From positions 180,001 through 212,000 of the forward strand of contig SHMX01000003.1 in assembly GCA_008080745.1 (NCBI GenBank): a DNA stretch of 32,000 nt, written 5' to 3'. This document shows positions 26,704 to 32,000 of the stretch, piece after piece. This DNA comes from Candidatus Thorarchaeota archaeon. Its GTDB lineage: Archaea; Asgardarchaeota; Thorarchaeia; Thorarchaeales; Thorarchaeaceae. Position numbers and translations under genes: made by a program. Each line of letters begins with the position of its first letter. Within the stretch, counting starts at the first letter, position 1. Under the pieces are notes generated by a model. That model did no database searches. It saw nothing but the letters and a program-made list of their open reading frames with translations, and had not been told where the DNA came from.

Positions 26704-26829
26704 CTAGTCCTCTTCTTTGTATAATCTCATGGGTTGTCCACAACAAACCAAGGTCCCAGGACCAGATTTCTGAACAACAACAATTTGCTGACAAATATCA
26801 CATACATAAGTTGCGCCTTCTTTCGCCAT
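26704..26829 (-). CDS. Stand-alone desulforedoxin-like Fe(Cys)4 mini-protein (41 aa)
   Basis: MAKEGATYVCDICQQIVVVQKSGPGTLVCCGQPM: CxxC...CCGxPM signature; GGAGTG before ATG 26829. Confidence 0.88.
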   Translation of the reverse strand: MAKEGATYVCDICQQIVVVQKSGPGTLVCCGQPMRLYKEED

Positions 26830-26951
26830 AGTAGTCACTCCACAGGTTAATCGTTTCAAAATAATATTGCACAGATTTATGGTTTTCTTCATGACCAAGT
26901 ATTCAAGTAGACCTTTGTAATCACTTCAAGACCAATATGGAGAACAAATAG

Positions 26952-27836
26952 ATGGATGAAAAAAATCAAGCAAAATGCCTCATGCTTATTTCAGCGATTA
27001 TCTGGGGCACATCATTTGTCGTAGGTAGAGTGGGGGTGATGTATATCGAACCCCTTACATTTAGTATGATTCAGAACTCCATCGGTTCATCTGTTCTCCT
27101 CTTGGCGCTTCTATGGTTTAGCAGGGGCTCTTCAATAAGAGAAGCATTGGAGGGTTTTTCAAAACCCTCAATAATTATGATTGGAGTTTTCAATGGTCTA
27201 GCATACGCAATGCAATATGTTGCATTAACTCTTACAACAGCAGGAAAAACGAGTCTATTGGTTAATCTTGGCATTGCATTTGTGCCGCTGTTTGGTTTAT
27301 TGATATACAAAGAAACAGTTCAAAAAAACAATGTAATAGCTCTTATTCTTGGTCTGCTTGGTGCATTTCTGATTACGACGGAGGGAAATATCAGCCTTAT
27401 TTTTTCTGGAGAGGTGATGGGAGATTATCTTGCCATGGGTGCGGGTCTTATGTGGGCCTTGTGGATTGTACTTGCTGATCAAGAGCTCAAACGAACCGAC
27501 CGAGCCATAAGGATAGCAGCTCCAAATGCTGTGATAACTTCAATATTACTATTCATCTTTGCATCATTGATGGGGTCTCTAAATCAGCTATCAACAGCCC
27601 CAGTTGAGATGTGGTCTGCTGCCGTATACTTAGGTGTCTTTTCAATCGCAATTGCATACATTCTATACTATGCTGGTCTTCGAATTCTTGGAGGAACAGT
27701 ATCAGTGGTATATCTATTACTTCAAGCCTTAATTGCGGTAATTCTTGGAATCATCCTTCTCGCAGAACCAATCTCTTTGATGCTGGTTACAGGTGCTTCA
27801 TTGATTTTAGTGTCTTTAGTTATTGCAAAAGAGTAG
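26952..27836 (+). CDS. EamA/DMT-family transporter (10 TM)
   Basis: IIWGTSFV, TTAGKTSLL, GDYLAMGAGLMWA, AYILYYAGL, LLAEPIS; two-fold EamA repeat. Confidence 0.92.
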   Translation: MDEKNQAKCLMLISAIIWGTSFVVGRVGVMYIEPLTFSMIQNSIGSSVLLLALLWFSRGSSIREALEGFSKPSIIMIGVFNGLAYAMQYVALTLTTAGKTSLLVNLGIAFVPLFGLLIYKETVQKNNVIALILGLLGAFLITTEGNISLIFSGEVMGDYLAMGAGLMWALWIVLADQELKRTDRAIRIAAPNAVITSILLFIFASLMGSLNQLSTAPVEMWSAAVYLGVFSIAIAYILYYAGLRILGGTVSVVYLLLQALIAVILGIILLAEPISLMLVTGASLILVSLVIAKE

Positions 27837-27906
27837 GATTATATGGTCCAAATAGATAAAAGGAAAGGCACCACATCTCATAAACGAGAGTTTGGAGGTA
27901 TAACAG

Positions 27907-28335
27907 TTGGCTGCCGGACTAACCAAGGGAATGATTGCGGATATTCGCAAAAAAAGAGATATCAAGCTTCCAGAAGAGTTCTTTGCAAATCCAATGCTCA
28001 AAGACATGAAAGCTGCAATGGTGATATACTTTGAACGATCAGGCGAGGTCAAGTTATTCCCCATGATGCGAAAAAGTGGTGCGAGAATCCGATTAGAAGT
28101 CGAGAAAGTTCATCGAGAATTAATGGAAACTATGACAAAGCTATTCAAGGAGAAGAATCTCAAAGTCTTGTTCTCAACAGGATTTTGTTTTGAACAAAAT
28201 AGATGCATATACGAAGTATACTTTTCCTCAGATGATATAAAACCGAAGGAAAAAGCAATCAGGGATACCTTAGAAAGTATTCCAGGTCTCTTTGAAAGCG
28301 AATTTGAAATTTTACAATTAGGTGAAGAATGGTAG
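27907..28335 (+). CDS. Putative AbrB-like plus ACT-like domain regulator
   Basis: TTG start after GGAGGT; N-terminal IRKKRDIKLPEEF...VIYFERSGEVKLFP has AbrB spacing; C-terminal beta-alpha-beta-beta-alpha-beta ACT-like pattern. Confidence 0.55.
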   Translation: MAAGLTKGMIADIRKKRDIKLPEEFFANPMLKDMKAAMVIYFERSGEVKLFPMMRKSGARIRLEVEKVHRELMETMTKLFKEKNLKVLFSTGFCFEQNRCIYEVYFSSDDIKPKEKAIRDTLESIPGLFESEFEILQLGEEW

Positions 28336-28363
28336 GATGTTTATTGTCCTACCAGACTCTTGT

Positions 28364-28924
28364 TCATTTTATGATTTTCAAAGCAACATTATCTTTAACA
28401 TTGGTACCCATTAATTCCAACTTTACATCGAGCAAGGTTTCAAGGTAGCCCTGGATGAATGGAGGGGGATAAAAGGGACTTGCAATAACAATCAGGTCAT
28501 CTCGAAGATTGAATGACCCCCATCCATTTTCTTGTAAAAGCGTAAAAACCAGTTCTCGTGTATCAGGATCGGTAGGATCCTCACCATGGAATAATCGAAC
28601 AACATCAGCAAATGGTGCCTGGCTCCCTGCAGTTCTACCCAACTCATATTGGTCAGTTGGAGTTAGTTTTGAGAAGAAAAGAGATGATAATGTTTCAGAT
28701 TCTAAAATAATCCTAAATGAATCAATATAGATTCCCCGCTCAGTCCATTTATACACTGTACGATCAAGATACCATCGAACCGCGTCCTCTATCAATTGTG
28801 CCCGTGAACGTGCTACACGATCTTGTACCAAATCATCAATTCGATCTACTAATGACTGAGATACAGTGACACTGATAATTTTCTTCCTATCGCCAGATTT
28901 GTCATCATCAGACGTGCTTACCAA
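28364..28924 (-). CDS. CopG/ribbon-helix-helix regulator fused to a V4R-like ligand-binding domain
   Basis: TTG 28924 after GGAGGT; IISVTVSQSLVDRIDDLV...SRAQLIEDAVRWYL (RHH); C-terminal YELGRTAG...LQENGWG...FIQGYLE (V4R-like). Confidence 0.7.
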   Translation of the reverse strand: MVSTSDDDKSGDRKKIISVTVSQSLVDRIDDLVQDRVARSRAQLIEDAVRWYLDRTVYKWTERGIYIDSFRIILESETLSSLFFSKLTPTDQYELGRTAGSQAPFADVVRLFHGEDPTDPDTRELVFTLLQENGWGSFNLRDDLIVIASPFYPPPFIQGYLETLLDVKLELMGTNVKDNVALKIIK

Positions 28925-29157
28925 TATTTTACCTCCTCGAAATCCACGCATGTAGAATAGAATATATATTACCAATTATGATTATTGGTTATTCAGTTCT
29001 ACTGATGGCTGTTAGTACCCCTACAAAGATAGTATAAGAACTCTTTGGGACAGACTATTAGCTGTTTTTTCAATCTAACATGAACAAGATTAAGTGTAGC
29101 TAGAGCTAAATAACGCATATCTGTTTCTAAAAACAGAGAAAACACCGAGGTATTCTC

Positions 29158-29427
29158 TTGAGCGAATATTGCGAAATGTGGATGGAAATGCAGAAGAAAA
29201 ATGAATTCAGAGTTGCTCTTTTCATCCCAGAGGGTTTAGATACTCCTGAAGGTATCAATCAGTTAGTTATTGAAAATCCAAGTGAACAACGAAGACTATT
29301 TGTTTCTGATTGGTTCTCTGGAATAATTGATGCAAAGAAATTCATGAATAAAATTGAACACTTCTATAATGGACTCGGTGTAAAATTTTTATCATTTAGG
29401 GAAATTCGAAAACCTCTAGTTTTGTAA
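29158..29427 (+). CDS. Hypothetical protein (89 aa)
   Basis: TTG start after GAGGT; fills the gap between minus-strand genes. Confidence 0.65.
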   Translation: MSEYCEMWMEMQKKNEFRVALFIPEGLDTPEGINQLVIENPSEQRRLFVSDWFSGIIDAKKFMNKIEHFYNGLGVKFLSFREIRKPLVL

Positions 29428-29456
29428 AAAGAAAGAAACGAGGGGGAAATCCCCTC
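29423..29456 (-). terminator. Stem-loop plus U-tract terminator for the 29462-30121 gene
   Basis: GAGGGG(29440-29445)-N5-CCCCTC(29451-29456), followed on the minus strand by GTTTCTTTCTTTTT. Confidence 0.6.
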
Positions 29457-29461
29457 AAGTT

Positions 29462-30121
29462 CTACGGAGTTGGCGCTGGCCATGGTATGACTAGTCCAAC
29501 TAAGCCTGGGGCAACAATCACAATGATACCAACTGCTATTGCTGCAAGACCAATCAGAACACTCACAGGTGTAGCTGAAAAGATCTTACCAATAAGCTGG
29601 ATCAATTTGATGACTAAACCACCCAGAACATATACCACACAGAAGATGACGACACCAATTACAGCCATCCACTTCAATGAGATAACCTGTTCAATATATT
29701 GACCAATAAATGGGTCACTAGCATAAGGTGCCAAAGCACCATAGAGTGTGAAAGTACCAAAAGCTGCTACTGCAACGGCAAACACCAAAGCCAATGGGAA
29801 CTTGGATAATAACCGCATAACCAAAGAGAATCCGGTAATCACCAATACTGCAGCAACGATAATTCCTTCAGGATTAGTAGCCCAAACCACGTAACCAACT
29901 AACATATCCAATATGCCAACGAAAAAGCCGACATATGTACCAACTTTAATGAGAATATCAAATATTGTTCCAAGAAGGGGTATTGGGTCAGTTATGTTCT
30001 CAAGAAGCCATGCTGCTGCAATTATTCCTGAGGCAATTAATACCCAACCAACAACCCATGGGTCTTGGAAGAATAGCATGATCTCATCCAATGTTAGATC
30101 AAAGATTCCTAAGCCTTGCAT
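29462..30121 (-). CDS. Hypothetical polytopic membrane protein (about 6 TM)
   Basis: ATG after GAGGTG; almost entirely hydrophobic helices. Confidence 0.8.
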   Translation of the reverse strand: MQGLGIFDLTLDEIMLFFQDPWVVGWVLIASGIIAAAWLLENITDPIPLLGTIFDILIKVGTYVGFFVGILDMLVGYVVWATNPEGIIVAAVLVITGFSLVMRLLSKFPLALVFAVAVAAFGTFTLYGALAPYASDPFIGQYIEQVISLKWMAVIGVVIFCVVYVLGGLVIKLIQLIGKIFSATPVSVLIGLAAIAVGIIVIVAPGLVGLVIPWPAPTP

Positions 30122-30173
30122 CGAATGTGCACCTCATCTAACTAGAGCTCTCAAATACTTGGTGTCATAAAAA

Positions 30174-31703
30174 CTATTGCCAACTGTAGTCAAGACCTAT
30201 AAAACTGGATGTAAGTGCGGAAGTGACCCAGAACAAGAGAACACATATCACAGCAAAGACTCGTGGTCGATCACCAGAAACCATTAGGGTATTTTGATAT
30301 CCAGAAGATAGGGAAATTATTGCCAAGGATAGGTAGAGTGGCATAATGTCGCTATAGGCAATTATTGATGGGTTCCAAGCAGGACCAGAAGAGAGTATTG
30401 AACCAAGTGAGAGAAATGGAGCAAGCGAAACCAAGAGACCTAGAACTATTGAACTGGTTAGCGTAAGGAGATAGACTTTGAGTTTTTGTGCTGCAATAAT
30501 GCTTTCTCGTTCTTTTGCTACTGCAGAACGTTCTACTAAACGAGCAGCAATCCTGGTGATTCGTTCTCCAGCATCAGAAGACGAAACCTCGGCCATTCGA
30601 GTAATCATCATTATCATATTGGATACTCTTTCTCCAAGTGCGTTGTCAGCAGCCTCTCTCATGGCAGTATGGAGATCTTCCTCTTTCCAGTAAAGAGAAT
30701 GAATTGCCTCGTCAATCAGTCTTTGTACTTCTGTGTCTACATCATCTCTGACTTCAGGTAATGCTACTTCAAGAGTATCACCTGTACTCATTCGTTCACC
30801 CAATAGCATCATGAAGTTCAAAAATTCGTCATATTCCTCAAGAATTTCTTTCTGTGTAGGACCTGTGACTTCCTTATTACGCGGTCTATCAAAATAGGCT
30901 GAGAATTGAGTTGAGAAACGAGAACGGAGGAATACGTTTAGTAAAACGAATAATGGAACCACAATGAAGATTGCAGGATTGGTTGCCCATCCAGCCAAAG
31001 AGGCCGCCAAAGTGAACATGATAGGTACATAAGTTATCAGAGCCGCCACGATGAGAAGTCTACTCTCAAGCTCTAGATTTTTCTGTCGTAAGGTTAAGTC
31101 TGCTTCAAAAGACTCACCTGATAGCATCTCAAGTAAATCTGTTTTCTTTTCCAAGGCAGATAGAATAGCCATGATGTATCTTCTTAGGTCATCTGATGGT
31201 TGATTCTTCGCAAATTCACTCAGACATTCTTCAGGAGGAACTCCTTGATCAATCTTCCAGAGTATCTCTTGAAATGCAGAAGACATGTACTCGTGATCTG
31301 ATTGTGCTATAATTTCGATTGCATCGAAAATTGTTCCACCTGATTCAAAGACAAGTATGAATTGTTCAAAGAGTAAATCAGATTCTTCTGACAGTGTAAG
31401 CTTGTAGTGGTTCATTAAATTAACCGGGTAACTAACAGTGACATAGTAAGCGATAATTCCAATAATCAAGGATAAGGGAACGAGAACAAGAATACTGGAA
31501 CCAAGATAGAACAATACAACAAATAACAGTATAAATGCCAATAAACCAGAAAAATATGCAGCAGAAACTACCCCAACTGCAGAAATCTTCATCAAGGGCT
31601 GGACAAAAATAACAGCCTTGTCCAAATCACGATTATCATATCGTTCCCCCAGTGTTTCTAGTAGGGGTATTCTTCTTGAGAATCGACAGAGTTTCTCATA
31701 CAT
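30174..31703 (-). CDS. Type II secretion system F / TadC-FlaJ-like pilus assembly platform protein with two T2SSF domains
   Basis: Two repeats of TM hairpin, then ESGGTIFDAIE / STGDTLEVAL, soluble helical domain and TM; PSDDLRRYIMAIL. Confidence 0.82.
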   Translation of the reverse strand: MYEKLCRFSRRIPLLETLGERYDNRDLDKAVIFVQPLMKISAVGVVSAAYFSGLLAFILLFVVLFYLGSSILVLVPLSLIIGIIAYYVTVSYPVNLMNHYKLTLSEESDLLFEQFILVFESGGTIFDAIEIIAQSDHEYMSSAFQEILWKIDQGVPPEECLSEFAKNQPSDDLRRYIMAILSALEKKTDLLEMLSGESFEADLTLRQKNLELESRLLIVAALITYVPIMFTLAASLAGWATNPAIFIVVPLFVLLNVFLRSRFSTQFSAYFDRPRNKEVTGPTQKEILEEYDEFLNFMMLLGERMSTGDTLEVALPEVRDDVDTEVQRLIDEAIHSLYWKEEDLHTAMREAADNALGERVSNMIMMITRMAEVSSSDAGERITRIAARLVERSAVAKERESIIAAQKLKVYLLTLTSSIVLGLLVSLAPFLSLGSILSSGPAWNPSIIAYSDIMPLYLSLAIISLSSGYQNTLMVSGDRPRVFAVICVLLFWVTSALTSSFIGLDYSWQ

Positions 31704-31763
31704 TGCTGAATTTTCCTCAGAAAATTATGAAGTAATAGCTCTCATAAATTGCGCGAATTTTAG

Positions 31764-31792
31764 AAAAAAAAGTCCGACCAGAAGCCGGACTT
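31764..31792 (-). terminator. Stem-loop plus U8 terminator
   Basis: AAGTCCG(31770-31776)-N9-CGGACTT(31786-31792), followed on the minus strand by an 8-nt T run that overlaps the stem base. Confidence 0.7.
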
Positions 31793-31813
31793 GTTAGATT
31801 AGTATATGGATGA

Positions 31814-31999
31814 TTATCTTCTTCGTAAGACTACAGCTACGGCAAGTAATGCAATAATACCGACAGCAGCAATCAATAACAGGTTTCTACCACCTAAGAC
31901 TTGTTCACTAAGGTTGGTATATGCTGTATATACAGGGTCCTGCTGCACACGATAACCGTTCCATTCCGGAAATGTGACCGCATACCACCACTGCGAATT
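31814..31999 (-). CDS. C-terminal fragment of a membrane-anchored extracellular protein (5' end outside the window); absent from the ORF track
   Basis: Manual translation NSQWWYAVTFPEWNGYRVQQDPVYTAYTNLSEQVLGGRNLLLIAAVGIIALLAVAVVLRRR*: C-terminal TM helix plus a basic stop-transfer tail. Confidence 0.75.
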   Translation of the reverse strand, partial: NSQWWYAVTFPEWNGYRVQQDPVYTAYTNLSEQVLGGRNLLLIAAVGIIALLAVAVVLRRR

Positions 32000-32000
32000 A

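Noticed and set aside
137-30693. Numerous short ORFs in the track (e.g. 446-700, 7343-7564, 18049-18339, 25915-26175, 30478-30693)
   Set aside because: They are antisense or out-of-frame shadows of well-supported genes and carry no motifs.
30174-31703. Archaellum flaJ
   Set aside because: No flaI, flaH or flagellin neighbours; only the general T2SSF family is supportable.
1-32000. tRNA, rRNA, IS elements, integrases, prophage genes
   Set aside because: I saw no cloverleaf or T-loop signatures, rRNA-like tracts, terminal inverted repeats or transposase/integrase motifs.

Overview
Archaeal chromosomal window, most likely from an Asgard archaeon (Thorarchaeia-like). This is inferred from two-domain eukaryote-type Rpb5, an Asgard-style LRR protein, GGAGGT/GAGGTG ribosome-binding sites and BRE/TATA-like promoters. 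I found no rRNA, tRNA, CRISPR array or transposon. From left to right the window holds: a partial DUF2797 gene coupled to an AmmeMemoRadiSam radical SAM gene; hypothetical, coiled-coil/wHTH, transglutaminase-like, PD-(D/E)XK nuclease and LRR genes; a split Alg13/Alg14 pair; an FAD oxidoreductase with a CCG-type Fe-S protein fused to an SCP2-like domain; a surface-glycan cluster of about 10 kb (3 GT4 glycosyltransferases, sulfotransferase, WbqC, PIG-L deacetylase, UDP-HexNAc dehydrogenase, flippase); TatD-HD-CinA-like genes; a polyprenol kinase; two tandem, diverged full-length Rpb5/RpoH paralogs; a 41-aa desulforedoxin-like protein; an EamA transporter; two small one-component regulators; an orphan T2SSF/TadC-like platform protein; and the C-terminus of a membrane-anchored surface protein. 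The strongest finding is the tandem pair of jaw-domain-containing Rpb5 subunits (about 58% identical by hand alignment). Each has its own palindromic upstream element, which suggests regulated RNA polymerase subunit exchange in an archaeon. All family calls come from motif recognition; no database search was run.
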